The notes: generated by a model from the sequence alone, not told the origin. Numbered from the stretch's first letter, positions 23,737-33,068 are shown. The stretch is DNA of 39,534 bases from an uncultured Deinococcales bacterium (GCA_964244895.1 CAXTKV010000017.1:1-39534); one strand, 5' to 3'. Translations and numbers: made by a program.

Positions 23737-25527
23737 ATGCCCGTGATGGATCGCCGCAATTTGCGTTTCACGCTTTTTGAGCTCCTGAACGCCGAAGCCC
23801 TGACGCGGCGCGAGCAGTTCAGCCAGCACTCGCGCGAGACCTTCGAGGCGGCGCTCGAGTTGGCGCTCGAGATCAGCGAAAAGTATTTCGCGACGCACGC
23901 CAGGGAATCCGATCTGAACGAACCTCGCGTCGTGAACGGGCGCGTCGAGACGATCCCGGCAATTCAGGCGGCGCTCGTCGCGTTCCGCGAGGCCGGGTTT
24001 TTCTCGGCGCACGCCAGCCTGGAAGAGGGCGGCATGGGCTTGCCCAATTTGATCTCGCAGGCCGCCCAGGCGATGTTCGTCGGCGCGAACCCCGGCACGG
24101 GCGCGTACGCTTTTTTGACCATCGCGGCGGGCAACCTGATCGAGACTTTCGGGACGGACGCGCAGAAATCCCGCTACCTCGAGCCGATGCGCGCCGGGCG
24201 GTGGTTCGGCACGATGGCGCTCAGCGAACCGCAGGCCGGATCGTCCCTGGCGGACATCACCACCCGCGCTGAGGCGTTGCAGGACGGCTCGTACCGCGTC
24301 ACGGGTTCCAAGATGTGGATTTCTGCGGGCGAACACGAACTGTCTGAAAACATCGTGCATCTCGTGCTGGCGCGGCTCAAAGATGCCCCGGCGGGTGTCA
24401 AGGGCATTTCCTTGTTGATCGTCCCGCGCTACAGACCGAATGGCGCCGCGCTCGAGCCCAACGATGTCAACCTGGGCGGGCTGCTGCACAAGATGGGCTA
24501 CCGGGGCACGACCAGCACGGTGCTGAACTTCGGTGAAGGCGGCGATTGCCGCGCGGAACTCGTCGGGGAAGCCCACAAGGGATTGTCCATGATGTTCCAG
24601 ATGATGAACGAGGCGCGCATCGGCGTCGGCATGGGCGCGGCGATGCTGGCCTATCAGGGCTACCTGTACAGCCTTCAATACGCTAGGGAGCGCGCGCAGG
24701 GCAGGTCGCCATCATCGAAGAACCCGCTCGAGCCTGCGGTCAAAATCGTTCGGCACGCCGATGTCAAACGCATGCTGCTGGCGCAAAAAAGCATCGCGGA
24801 AGGATCGTTCGCGCTCGGGTTGTACTGCGCGCAACTGGTGGACGACCAACGAACCGGAAATGAAACCGCGCGGCGCGAGGCGGGATTGCTGTTGGACATC
24901 CTGACGCCGATCATGAAAGCCTGGGCCAGCCATTACGGGCTGGAAGCCAACTCGCACGCCATTCAGATCCTGGGCGGTTACGGCTACACCCGCGAATACC
25001 CGGTCGAGCAGTTCTACCGCGACAACCGGTTGAACCCGATCCACGAGGGCACAAACGGCGTTCAGGGCATCGACTTGCTGGGTCGAAAAATATCGCAATT
25101 CGACGGTGAATCCCTGAAATTGCTCGAGCGCGAGATCGAACGCGCCATTCGCGACGCGAAACTTCAGCCAGCCACCAAAGACCGGGCCGAGGAACTGGAA
25201 ACCGCGCTGGGCGTCGCGAAAGAAACGACCGCCGCCATGCTGAGCGCGCGCGATTCGGTCGGCGCGGACGCGTTCCTGGCGAACGCATGGCATTACCTGG
25301 AATTGATGGGGCACCTGGTGATCGGCTGGATCTGGCTACAGCAGGCGACCGTCGCGGCGCGCGCGATTCAGATGCAACCCTCAGATTCCGACGCGGATTT
25401 TTACGCGGGCAAGTTGCACACCTGCCGGTACTTTTTTCGCCACGAACTGCCGAAGCTCGCGCACTGGGGGCGCTTATTGCGCGCGATGGACGCGACCACC
25501 CTCGAGATGCGCGAGGAATGGTTCTGA
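23737..25527 (+). CDS. Acyl-CoA dehydrogenase (long ~600-aa type)
   Basis: GTMALSEPQAGSSL, GSKMWIS, MMNEARIG, QILGGYGY, IHEGTNG; RBS AGGAGG. Confidence 0.95.
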   Translation: MPVMDRRNLRFTLFELLNAEALTRREQFSQHSRETFEAALELALEISEKYFATHARESDLNEPRVVNGRVETIPAIQAALVAFREAGFFSAHASLEEGGMGLPNLISQAAQAMFVGANPGTGAYAFLTIAAGNLIETFGTDAQKSRYLEPMRAGRWFGTMALSEPQAGSSLADITTRAEALQDGSYRVTGSKMWISAGEHELSENIVHLVLARLKDAPAGVKGISLLIVPRYRPNGAALEPNDVNLGGLLHKMGYRGTTSTVLNFGEGGDCRAELVGEAHKGLSMMFQMMNEARIGVGMGAAMLAYQGYLYSLQYARERAQGRSPSSKNPLEPAVKIVRHADVKRMLLAQKSIAEGSFALGLYCAQLVDDQRTGNETARREAGLLLDILTPIMKAWASHYGLEANSHAIQILGGYGYTREYPVEQFYRDNRLNPIHEGTNGVQGIDLLGRKISQFDGESLKLLEREIERAIRDAKLQPATKDRAEELETALGVAKETTAAMLSARDSVGADAFLANAWHYLELMGHLVIGWIWLQQATVAARAIQMQPSDSDADFYAGKLHTCRYFFRHELPKLAHWGRLLRAMDATTLEMREEWF

Positions 25528-25614
25528 AGGCGCTCAGCTGAATTCACCCGCCCCTGTGGGTTCGCACCTGACCTCGAGAGGGTGGCTCCGTCGCTGCACG
25601 ATCCGGACGGATGC

Positions 25615-25644
25615 TGGACAGAATCGCGACGGCGCTGCTAGCAT
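25615..25644 (+). promoter_or_regulatory. Promoter of the proS leader
   Basis: TGGACA-18 nt-TAGCAT with extended -10 TG (25636-25637); GTG 6 nt downstream. Confidence 0.65.
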
Positions 25645-25650
25645 GAACGC

Positions 25651-25719
25651 GTGACCGTCCTTTCCCCGCGACCGCCCGGAATTCGCCCCGCGAACGCGGC
25701 GTGTGAGGGCGCGCTCTAA
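25651..25719 (+). CDS. Putative Pro-rich leader peptide MTVLSPRPPGIRPANAACEGAL
   Basis: Leaderless GTG 6 nt after the -10; 4 Pro codons including PRPPG; directly followed by an intrinsic terminator upstream of proS. Confidence 0.6.
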   Translation: MTVLSPRPPGIRPANAACEGAL

Positions 25720-25739
25720 CCGATCAATTCGAGACTTCG

Positions 25740-25773
25740 ACCCGATTCCGCTTGGGAGTCGGGTTTTTTGTTT
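25740..25773 (+). terminator. Intrinsic terminator / attenuator in the proS leader
   Basis: CCCGATTCC-GCTTG-GGAGTCGGG stem followed by TTTTTTGTTT. Confidence 0.85.
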
Positions 25774-25797
25774 GCCCAGATCACCTCAGGAGGAACC

Positions 25798-25878
25798 ATG
25801 CGACCTCGACCGCGTCCGCTCGAGATTGAACCGATCAATGAAGAACACCGTCCTGAACACGATTTTTTGATGCCCTAG
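25798..25878 (+). CDS. Second small uORF MRPRPRPLEIEPINEEHRPEHDFLMP
   Basis: Perfect RBS AGGAGG then AACC-ATG; 6 Pro in 26 aa; 3' half runs into a family A repeat. Confidence 0.5.
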   Translation: MRPRPRPLEIEPINEEHRPEHDFLMP

Positions 25879-25900
25879 ATTCGCGTCCCAGACGGTCTTC
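25843..25900. repeat. Family A repeat (two-arm) in the proS leader
   Basis: GAACACCGTCCTGAACACG...CGTCCCAGACGGTCTTC. Confidence 0.75.
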
Positions 25901-25935
25901 CCACCCCTGACCTCTGATGGCCCTCAAGGAGCCCC

Positions 25936-27621
25936 ATGCGACGAAGCCAACTGCACGTCCCGACGCTGCGCGAGAACCCCACGGAAGCCGAAACCACCTC
26001 GCACCGATTGCTGCTGCGGGCGGGTTTCGTGCGTCCGCTCTCGAGCGGAATTTACTCGATGCTGCCGCTCGGGTTGCGCGTCAAACGCAAGATTGAGAAC
26101 ATCATCCGCGACGAAATGAACGCCATCGGCGCGCAGGAGTTCGAGCTTTCCAACCTTCAGCCCGCCGAAATCTGGAAGGAATCCGGGCGCTGGAACGCGA
26201 TCGGCACGGAGATGCTGCGCCTGCGCGACCGTTCCGGACGGGAAATGTGCTTAGGGATGACGCACGAGGAGATCTTCACGGCGCTGGCTCGGGAACTGCG
26301 TTCGTACCGCGAACTGCCCACGATCTGGTACCAGATCGTCAAGAAATTCCGCGACGAACCGCGACCCAAGGGCGGCATGATCCGGCTGCGCGAATTCACC
26401 ATGAAGGACTCGTACAGCTTCGCGCTGGACGACGCCGGACTGGACGAGCAATTCCGCGCGCACGAGGGCGCGTACCGCCGAATCTTCGAGCGTTGCGGCC
26501 TGGAAATCGTGGTGGCGCGCGCCGACAACGGCATGATGGGCGGCACGGATTCGCTGGAATTCGTGGCGCTCTTGGACGCGGGCGAGGACTGGGTGGCGGT
26601 CGCACCGTCCGGTTGGGCGGCGAACCTCGAGGTCGCCACGGGTCTGCTCGAGCCCGTGTCTGACGAAGGTGTGGGCACGACCGTCCAGGAGTTCGCCACG
26701 CCGGGAATCCTGACGATTGATGCGTTGGAAAAATTCGGCGTGCCCGCCGTGCGCCAGATGAAAACCCTGATCTACGTCGCGCAGGGCGAACCGGTGGTGA
26801 TCGTGCTGCGCGGTGATCACCAACTCAACGAAAGCAAGCTCGCGCACGCGCTGGGCACGACCGACATCCGGGCCGCCGAACCGGAGGAAGCCTATGAACT
26901 GATGGGCGCGAACTTCGGCAGCCTCGGGCCAGTGCCCACGAACGGAGGCGGCCTTAAGGCGCGAATCATCGCGGATCGGGCTTTAGAGGGTCGCCAGGGC
27001 ATGGTCAGCGGCGCGACCAGGGACGGCTACCACCTTTCAGGACTCGAGCCTGGGCGGGATTTCCAGTGCCGTTTCGCGGATGTTCGCACCGTCAAAAGCG
27101 GTGAGATGTCACCGGACGGTTCGGGCGCTCTTCGGATCGAACGCGGGCTGGAACTGGGCCACATCTTCAAGCTCGGCACGCGCTACGCCAGCGCGTTGGG
27201 TGCGAACGTGACCGGCAAGGACGGTAAGAGCGCAACCCTGGTGATGGGTTCTTACGGCATCGGCGTGGAACGTTTGATGGCCGCCATCGCGGAACGTTAC
27301 GCGGACGAGCGCGGTCTGATCTGGCCTCGGGCGGTGTCCCCGTTCGACGTGACCGTGCTGGAACTCGGTGATACGGGCGGTGCTGCGCTGCGCCTCCACG
27401 ACGAATTGCAGGCCGCAGGTCTGGACGCGCTGCTGGACGACCGCGACGAGCGCGCCGGGATGAAATTCACCGAATTCGAGTTGATCGGCGTACCCGTCGC
27501 CGTGGTCGTGGGTTCTCGAGGCCTGGAACGCGGCCTGGTCGAGTTGCGCGAACGCGCGACCGGCATCAACACGGAAATCAAGCTTGAGGAGATCCGGCAG
27601 GTGTTGCTCGAGATGCGCTGA
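25936..27621 (+). CDS. proS: Proline--tRNA ligase, bacterial (prokaryotic) type with INS editing domain
   Basis: SHRLLLRAGF, KFRDEPRP, REFTMKDSYSF, INS motifs KTL and GSLGP, ELGHIFKLGTRY, MGSYGIGVERL; RBS AAGGAG. Confidence 0.97.
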   Translation: MRRSQLHVPTLRENPTEAETTSHRLLLRAGFVRPLSSGIYSMLPLGLRVKRKIENIIRDEMNAIGAQEFELSNLQPAEIWKESGRWNAIGTEMLRLRDRSGREMCLGMTHEEIFTALARELRSYRELPTIWYQIVKKFRDEPRPKGGMIRLREFTMKDSYSFALDDAGLDEQFRAHEGAYRRIFERCGLEIVVARADNGMMGGTDSLEFVALLDAGEDWVAVAPSGWAANLEVATGLLEPVSDEGVGTTVQEFATPGILTIDALEKFGVPAVRQMKTLIYVAQGEPVVIVLRGDHQLNESKLAHALGTTDIRAAEPEEAYELMGANFGSLGPVPTNGGGLKARIIADRALEGRQGMVSGATRDGYHLSGLEPGRDFQCRFADVRTVKSGEMSPDGSGALRIERGLELGHIFKLGTRYASALGANVTGKDGKSATLVMGSYGIGVERLMAAIAERYADERGLIWPRAVSPFDVTVLELGDTGGAALRLHDELQAAGLDALLDDRDERAGMKFTEFELIGVPVAVVVGSRGLERGLVELRERATGINTEIKLEEIRQVLLEMR

Positions 27622-27648
27622 AACAGGTGTTGCTCGAGATGCGCTGAA
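27598..27648. repeat. Tandem 25-bp duplication of the proS 3' end
   Basis: CAGGTGTTGCTCGAGATGCGCTGAA at 27598 and 27624. Confidence 0.9.
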
Positions 27649-27664
27649 CCAGAAGCCCCTTTTT

Positions 27665-27690
27665 GTAGGGCAACCCTTGTGGTTGCCCTC
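27665..27690 (+). repeat. GTAG-type REP
   Basis: GTAGGGCAACCCTTGTGGTTGCCCTC. Confidence 0.75.
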
Positions 27691-27733
27691 GCCTCGAATT
27701 TCTTCAAAATGTTCGCAAGATTGCGTCTCGAGC

Positions 27734-27785
27734 GAGAGCACCGTCCAGCACGCGAGCTTAAATACGCGTGCTGGACGGTGCTCTC
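27734..27785. repeat. Family A repeat (perfect 21-bp arms)
   Basis: GAGAGCACCGTCCAGCACGCG / CGCGTGCTGGACGGTGCTCTC. Confidence 0.9.
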
Positions 27786-28794
27786 ACGTCAGGTTCGGGT
27801 TCAGCACGCGTCCGTCATCGAATTCCAGTTCGATCAACCCGGCGCGCTTCTCGAAGCGCAAGTCACCGGCGTGATCGCCGACGAAACGCCCGGACGTGGG
27901 CGGCACGTCGGCGTAATCGCGCCCGACGGCGACGGTGGCGTAGCCCAGGTTGGGGCGGCGGCGGTTGGTCGGATCGAAACCCACGGCCTCGAGCGCGCCC
28001 GTCTCAATCGGCACGATCATCTCGAGCCAGGCGTGCGAGCCGCCCTCGCCGAGCATGTGCCCGGAGACGTAGCGGGCGGGCAGTCCAGCCTCGCGGCAGA
28101 TGGACAGCGCCACGTGCGCGTAATCCTGGCAGAGTCCCGCGCCGAGCCGCAGGGCTTCGGCGGCGGGCGTATCGACGTGGGTGACATCGTGCTGGTAGCG
28201 CATGGTCTGGGATACCCAGTCGCTGATGCGTTCGGCCAGCTCGAGCGGGGTCTGTGCGGTGGCTCGAAGCTCGCGGGCGACTTGCCGAATGCGCGCGTCC
28301 GGCGCGGTCAGGGGCGTCGGTTCGAGCAACGCGGCGGCGTCTGCTGCGGTCAGGCGAGGTCGGGGTGCATCCGCCAGGCGTTCAGTGCAGAACATCACCT
28401 CGAAAGTCGTCCAGTGGTTGACGCGCGCGACCTCGAGTTCGATCACGGGGTTCCCGAAGGTGTCCATGCGTTCAGCGCGGGAAAGCGCGATCGGTTCGAC
28501 CCCCAACCTGAAATCGAGCAGGCGCTGATCGCCGTGCTGCGCTCGCGGTTTGACCACCAACTGCTGCGACAGGTCTCGCGCCAAGCTGGAATAAACGTAA
28601 CTGAACTGCTGGTACGCGAAATACCGGGCGCGGCGCACGCGATGCCAGTCCAGATCGCGGTGCTCCAGGAGGCGCACCCGGCCCGCCAGCAGGTGCTCCA
28701 AGCTGCCGGACGGCCCCATGATTTCGTCCAGCCGCTCGAGGCCGCGCGCCAGCACCAGGCTGCGCTCTCGCGGTTCGAGCGGCGAGGCGTTCAC
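27784..28794 (-). CDS. Transglutaminase-like protein
   Basis: GLCQDYAH, SHAWLE, FDPTN triad, GRDYADVPP; GTG 28794 overlaps the upstream stop. Confidence 0.88.
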   Translation of the reverse strand: MNASPLEPRERSLVLARGLERLDEIMGPSGSLEHLLAGRVRLLEHRDLDWHRVRRARYFAYQQFSYVYSSLARDLSQQLVVKPRAQHGDQRLLDFRLGVEPIALSRAERMDTFGNPVIELEVARVNHWTTFEVMFCTERLADAPRPRLTAADAAALLEPTPLTAPDARIRQVARELRATAQTPLELAERISDWVSQTMRYQHDVTHVDTPAAEALRLGAGLCQDYAHVALSICREAGLPARYVSGHMLGEGGSHAWLEMIVPIETGALEAVGFDPTNRRRPNLGYATVAVGRDYADVPPTSGRFVGDHAGDLRFEKRAGLIELEFDDGRVLNPNLT

Positions 28795-29666
28795 GGGTGC
28801 GTACCGCCAGGAATCGTCTGACCGGGTTGCGCCTCGTCCGCCCAGACTTTGATCAGGCTCAGTTGGGTCTGCCCGTAGGTCGTGCTGAAAGCCGTGTCCG
28901 CCGCGTCTCGTCCGATGGCAATGATCACGCGGCCCGTGCGCGGTTTGTTGTGGCGCGCGTCGAAGGTGCGCCACGCGCCGCCCAGGAAAACCTCGAACCA
29001 GGCGTGAAAATCCATCGGCAGACCGTCCAGGGGCACGCCGATGTCCGGCAGGTAACCGCAGACGTAACGCGCGGGGATGTTCAGCGCGCGGCAGAAGCTC
29101 ACGCCCAGGTGCGCGAAATCGCGGCACACGCCGCGTCTCGAGAAGTACGCGTCCAACGCGGTCGAACTCGCGTTGCTGCCCGCGCCGTAGGTGATGTTGG
29201 CGTGCAACCAGTCGCAGACGGCCTGCACGCGCGCCCAACCGTCCGGCACGTTTCCGAACATCGCCCAGGCGTCCTGAATGAACAAATCAGATGGGCAGTA
29301 GCGGCTGGGCAGGGTGTAGACGATCGCCTCGTCCGGCAAGTCCTGCACGAGCGCGCCCGGCAATTCCGGCAGAACCGGATCGAGTCCGGCTGACACGCTC
29401 ACGATCGCGTCGTGCAGCACCTCGAGCTTGCCCGCGCGGGCGAACACGCGCCAGATCGTGTTGCCGTGCGCATCGGTGTACGCGCGGAACCCGTCCGGCT
29501 CGAGCGCGGGCGTGAAGGCGCGCGCCATCTCGAGGATGCGCTGACCGGGACGGTCTTTGGGTTCCAGCACGAACATCAGCGGCGCATCGAAGGGCAGATC
29601 GTAAGTCAGTTTGCATCCGACCCGCACGCGGCGCGTCCCACCGGAAAAAACGCCGTCGTCGTTCAT
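28791..29666 (-). CDS. Transglutaminase-like protein
   Basis: PSRYCPSD, GVCRDFAH, DFHAWFE, FDAR, GRDAAD; ATG 29666 6 nt after TACACT. Confidence 0.92.
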   Translation of the reverse strand: MNDDGVFSGGTRRVRVGCKLTYDLPFDAPLMFVLEPKDRPGQRILEMARAFTPALEPDGFRAYTDAHGNTIWRVFARAGKLEVLHDAIVSVSAGLDPVLPELPGALVQDLPDEAIVYTLPSRYCPSDLFIQDAWAMFGNVPDGWARVQAVCDWLHANITYGAGSNASSTALDAYFSRRGVCRDFAHLGVSFCRALNIPARYVCGYLPDIGVPLDGLPMDFHAWFEVFLGGAWRTFDARHNKPRTGRVIIAIGRDAADTAFSTTYGQTQLSLIKVWADEAQPGQTIPGGTHP

Positions 29667-29731
29667 CGTTGGAGTGTACCCGTTCCGGGCGCAGGGTTGA
29701 TGCAAATTTGCTCGAGCGAACGGAGGGGAAA

Positions 29732-29793
29732 TAAAGAGCACCGTCCTGGACGGTGCTCTTTAAGATCAAAAATTTGTGTCCTGGACGGTCTTC
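29732..29793. repeat. Family A repeat (collapsed palindrome plus half arm)
   Basis: TAAAGAGCACCGTCCTGGACGGTGCTCTTTA then GTCCTGGACGGTCTTC. Confidence 0.85.
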
Positions 29794-31204
29794 AGTGCGT
29801 CTGGAACTGGATCACGTTCGGAGCCCACGCCAGCACTTCGACGGCCTCGCCGTAGAGGTCGTACTCGTCGGCATCCTCGATTCTGACGCGCACGATGTCA
29901 CCGATCTTGATCGCGCCCGCCAATACGCCCGCCGCGACGTAGACGCTGCCGTCGATGCCCGGCGCATCACCTTTGGTGCGCCCGACCAGCTTGGTTCCGG
30001 GCGCGTCGCCGTCGTCGTCGTTGTACTCGTCCACGATCACGTCCAGCACGCGACCTATTTTTGCGGCGTTCTTCTCGAGGCTGATGGTCTGCTGCAAGGC
30101 CATCAGGCGCTCCAAGCGTTCGGCTTTGACCTCTTCGGTGACGTGCCCCTCCAAGCTGTTCGCGTCCGCGCCCTCGACCTCGGAGTACGTGAACGCCCCG
30201 ACCCGATCCAGACGCGCTTGCGCCAGAAAATCCAGCAGCAACTGGAAATCTTCCTCGGTTTCACCTGGAAAACCGACGATGAAGGTGGATCGCAACGTGA
30301 TTTCCGGGCAGATCTCGCGCCAACGGCGGATGGTGTCCAACTGCTTTCCGGCTCCGGGGCGGCGCATCAGCTTCAGGATTCTGGGGCTGGCGTGCTGCAA
30401 CGGCACGTCCAGGTACGGCAAGATTTTCCCGTCCGCCATCAACTGCACAATTTTTTCCACGTGCGGGTACGGGTAGACGTAATGCAAACGCACCCACGCG
30501 CCCAACTCGCCCAGTTTGGTGGTCAGATCGACCAGGTGCGCCTGGACTTGCTCGCCCTGGAATTCGGATTCGCGGTGGCGCACGTCCACACCGTAGGCGC
30601 TCGAATCCTGCGCGATCACCAGCAACTCCTTGACGCCCCCGGAGACGAGCCGGTAGGCCTCGTAAAGGAGTTCCCCGGCGTCGCGGCTGACCTGCAAGCC
30701 GCGCAGCTTCGGGATGATGCAAAAAGAGCAGGTGTGGTTGCAACCCTCCGCGATCTTCAGGTACGCGTAATGCTTCGGCGTCAACTTGATGCCCGTCACG
30801 GGCAGGAGGCTGGTGAAGGGGTTCTCGTCGGGCGGGATCAGTTCGTGCAACGCGCCCATCACGCCCGTCACGTCGCCGGGGCCGGTCACGCTCGAGACGT
30901 TCGGGTGGCGCGACATGATCGTCTCTGGGCGCTCACCCAGGCAACCCGTGACGATCACCTTGCCGGTGTGCTCCAGGGCTTCACCGATGGACTGGAGCGA
31001 TTCTTCGATGGCGGGCGTGATGAACCCGCAGGTGTTGACGATCACGACCTCCGCGTCCTGGTAGGTCGGCGCGATCTCGTACCCTTCGGAGCGAATCTGC
31101 GTCAGGATGCGCTCGGAATCCACCAGCGCCTTCGGGCAACCCAGGCTGACGAACCCGACCTTGCGGGGCGCAGCCACGACATTTTGATCAATGGTGGTAC
31201 TCAA
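29792..31204 (-). CDS. rimO: Ribosomal protein S12 methylthiotransferase
   Basis: [18 protein letters not shown], radical [21 protein letters not shown]-terminal TRAM; TTG 31204 follows GGAGG (alternative ATG 31225); TATAAT at 31253-31258. Confidence 0.95.
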   Translation of the reverse strand: MSTTIDQNVVAAPRKVGFVSLGCPKALVDSERILTQIRSEGYEIAPTYQDAEVVIVNTCGFITPAIEESLQSIGEALEHTGKVIVTGCLGERPETIMSRHPNVSSVTGPGDVTGVMGALHELIPPDENPFTSLLPVTGIKLTPKHYAYLKIAEGCNHTCSFCIIPKLRGLQVSRDAGELLYEAYRLVSGGVKELLVIAQDSSAYGVDVRHRESEFQGEQVQAHLVDLTTKLGELGAWVRLHYVYPYPHVEKIVQLMADGKILPYLDVPLQHASPRILKLMRRPGAGKQLDTIRRWREICPEITLRSTFIVGFPGETEEDFQLLLDFLAQARLDRVGAFTYSEVEGADANSLEGHVTEEVKAERLERLMALQQTISLEKNAAKIGRVLDVIVDEYNDDDGDAPGTKLVGRTKGDAPGIDGSVYVAAGVLAGAIKIGDIVRVRIEDADEYDLYGEAVEVLAWAPNVIQFQTH

Positions 31205-31449
31205 CGCGGTTCCTCCGATGCCCATTGGCGATGCCTAACGGGGCGACCACGGATTATAGCGGGAAATCTCAAGTCCGCCCGACTCGAGCCGCTTCCTCGA
31301 GCAGGGCGACCGCAAAGTCCGGTTTCTCCCGCTCCCCTGATGGGCGTGGGTCAGGGCGAGGGGGCGAACGCGCGGCCTCTCCCATAAAAGCACAACCTTG
31401 CGGTTGCGCGATGGCTCAGCTCAACTGCAGCGCTCGAGGTCGCCGACAC

Positions 31450-31508
31450 GAGAACACCGTCCAGCACGGTGTCCTCTGATGCTCGAGAATGCCGTCCCGG
31501 ACGGTCTT
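31450..31508. repeat. Family A repeat (two tandem collapsed copies)
   Basis: GAGAACACCGTCCAGCACGGTGTCCTC and CTCGAGAATGCCGTCCCGGACGGTCT. Confidence 0.8.
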
Positions 31509-32034
31509 AGCGTTCCAGCGCGCGCCCGAAGAAGGCGCGCATTTTGTTGGAAGTCGGGAACACCCGCTCGAACTCGAGCGCCCAACGGGCGAAATCGCGC
31601 CGGATGGGTTTGTCCTTCGCGTCGAAGACCTGCTCAGACCTGCGGAACTCGCGTCCGCGCGGATCGAAATACAGGCGGCGTTGAACGTGCACCGGGCCGG
31701 GATCGGCGTAGAACGTGCCCAGGGAAGTGTGAATGAACGCCAGCGTACCGTCGCGGCGGAAGCAGTAGCGCACGGTGATGGCGTTGTCTTCGCTGGCGGT
31801 TTGAAGGGTCGCCACGCGGATCGTGCGACCCTCGAACCAGACGGACGCGAACTCGCCGCGCTCGAGGGTATCGCCGCGCTTCCAGCTGCCATCGTAGGGG
31901 CGCTCGAGCGCCACCGGCGCAGTGCGCGCCGCAAAGCTTCGGCAGGCGGCGTAGGCGGCGCGCACCTCGTCGAGTGGGCTGATGGCCTGACCTGAACTCA
32001 GCAGGAGCGCGATCAAGACCCCGAGCATTCTCAT
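31507..32034 (-). CDS. Hypothetical secreted protein
   Basis: Signal peptide MRMLGVLIALLLSSGQA; ATG 6 nt after TAGACT; beta-rich YCFRRDGTLAF. Confidence 0.7.
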   Translation of the reverse strand: MRMLGVLIALLLSSGQAISPLDEVRAAYAACRSFAARTAPVALERPYDGSWKRGDTLERGEFASVWFEGRTIRVATLQTASEDNAITVRYCFRRDGTLAFIHTSLGTFYADPGPVHVQRRLYFDPRGREFRRSEQVFDAKDKPIRRDFARWALEFERVFPTSNKMRAFFGRALER

Positions 32035-32252
32035 GCCCAAAGTCTAGCCGCAAGCGGTGCTTGAGGCGCAATGCGCGAACAACACATCAGCCGGGCATCA
32101 GGAACGATCAGCAGAATGAGCGAATTAAAAGAATTCGGAGCCAAAAAAGAATCCAGGGGAATTCACCGTGATAGCGATCCTTTCTTCAGCGCAGACGGGC
32201 TATTTTTCCACCGACACAGGGCGCACTGAACCCAGAATTTCGCCATCAGACA

Positions 32253-32281
32253 TTGACATCCGGGCATTCCCGTTGCATAAC
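32253..32281 (+). promoter_or_regulatory. sigma70-type leaderless promoter of the ECF sigma gene
   Basis: TTGACA-17 nt-CATAAC-6 nt-GTG. Confidence 0.6.
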
Positions 32282-32287
32282 GGAAGC

Positions 32288-32839
32288 GTGACGTTGCTCG
32301 AGGAGCAGGATGACGTGACGCTGCTCGGGATCATCCGTCGCAACGATCACGGTGGAGCTGAGGCGGCGCTCGAAGCGCTGTACCGCAGGCATTCCCGGAA
32401 CGTCTACTCGCTGGCTCGCCGGATCGTGCGCGACGAAGCGGCGACCGAAGAAATCGTCCAGGACGCATTCATGAAGCTCTGGAAGAACGCCAGCGGCTTC
32501 GATGCCGCGCGCGGTAGCGTCACGACGTGGCTCTTGACGATCACGCACCACGCCAGCGTGGATCACCTGCGGCGCGTCAGCAAACCCGTGTCCTACCCCG
32601 AAGAACCCATTCTGGAAGCCATTGCTGACCCCAAATTGAACGATCAGGTCGAAACCGTGATGCTGGACGCGGCCCTGGGTGCGCTCAGCGCCGACGAGCG
32701 CAGCCTGATCGAACTGGCGTACTACGAGGGCCTATCGCACGCCCAGATCGCTACTCGCACGGGTCTGCCACTCGGTACGGTCAAAACCCGGATTCGGGTG
32801 GCGTTGACCCGCCTGCGCGACCGCCTCGAACCCGCCTGA
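32288..32839 (+). CDS. ECF RNA polymerase sigma factor (SigK-like)
   Basis: EEIVQDAFMKLW, FDAARGSVTTWL, LAYYEGLSHAQIA...LPLGTVKTRIR. Confidence 0.93.
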   Translation: MTLLEEQDDVTLLGIIRRNDHGGAEAALEALYRRHSRNVYSLARRIVRDEAATEEIVQDAFMKLWKNASGFDAARGSVTTWLLTITHHASVDHLRRVSKPVSYPEEPILEAIADPKLNDQVETVMLDAALGALSADERSLIELAYYEGLSHAQIATRTGLPLGTVKTRIRVALTRLRDRLEPA

Positions 32840-32942
32840 GCGAAGGCGCTCGAGGATCGTCACGGCGTCTCGGGTCTCGCGGCCCGGTTTGGGCGGACGG
32901 CGCTCGAGGCCAATCTTCGCTGAAGAAAGATCGCCGAATAAA

Positions 32943-32968
32943 GAGCGCGCCGTCCTGGACGGCGCTTC
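32943..32968. repeat. Family A repeat (collapsed variant)
   Basis: GCGCCGTCCTGGACGGCGC. Confidence 0.7.
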
Positions 32969-33068
32969 CGGCGATGCCAGACAATGGGATCAGCGTTACA
33001 CACATTCTGACCCGGCGGGTCATCTTGGGAATCGGGCGACAGGTGGTCACACCGCCGAGGAGGGCGCG

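Noticed and set aside
25577..25594. AGGGTGGCTCCG resembling a T-box antiterminator upstream of proS
   Set aside because: Lacks the conserved A of UGGNACC, lies upstream of the predicted promoter and ~150 nt from the terminator, and there is no room for stem I after the upstream stop
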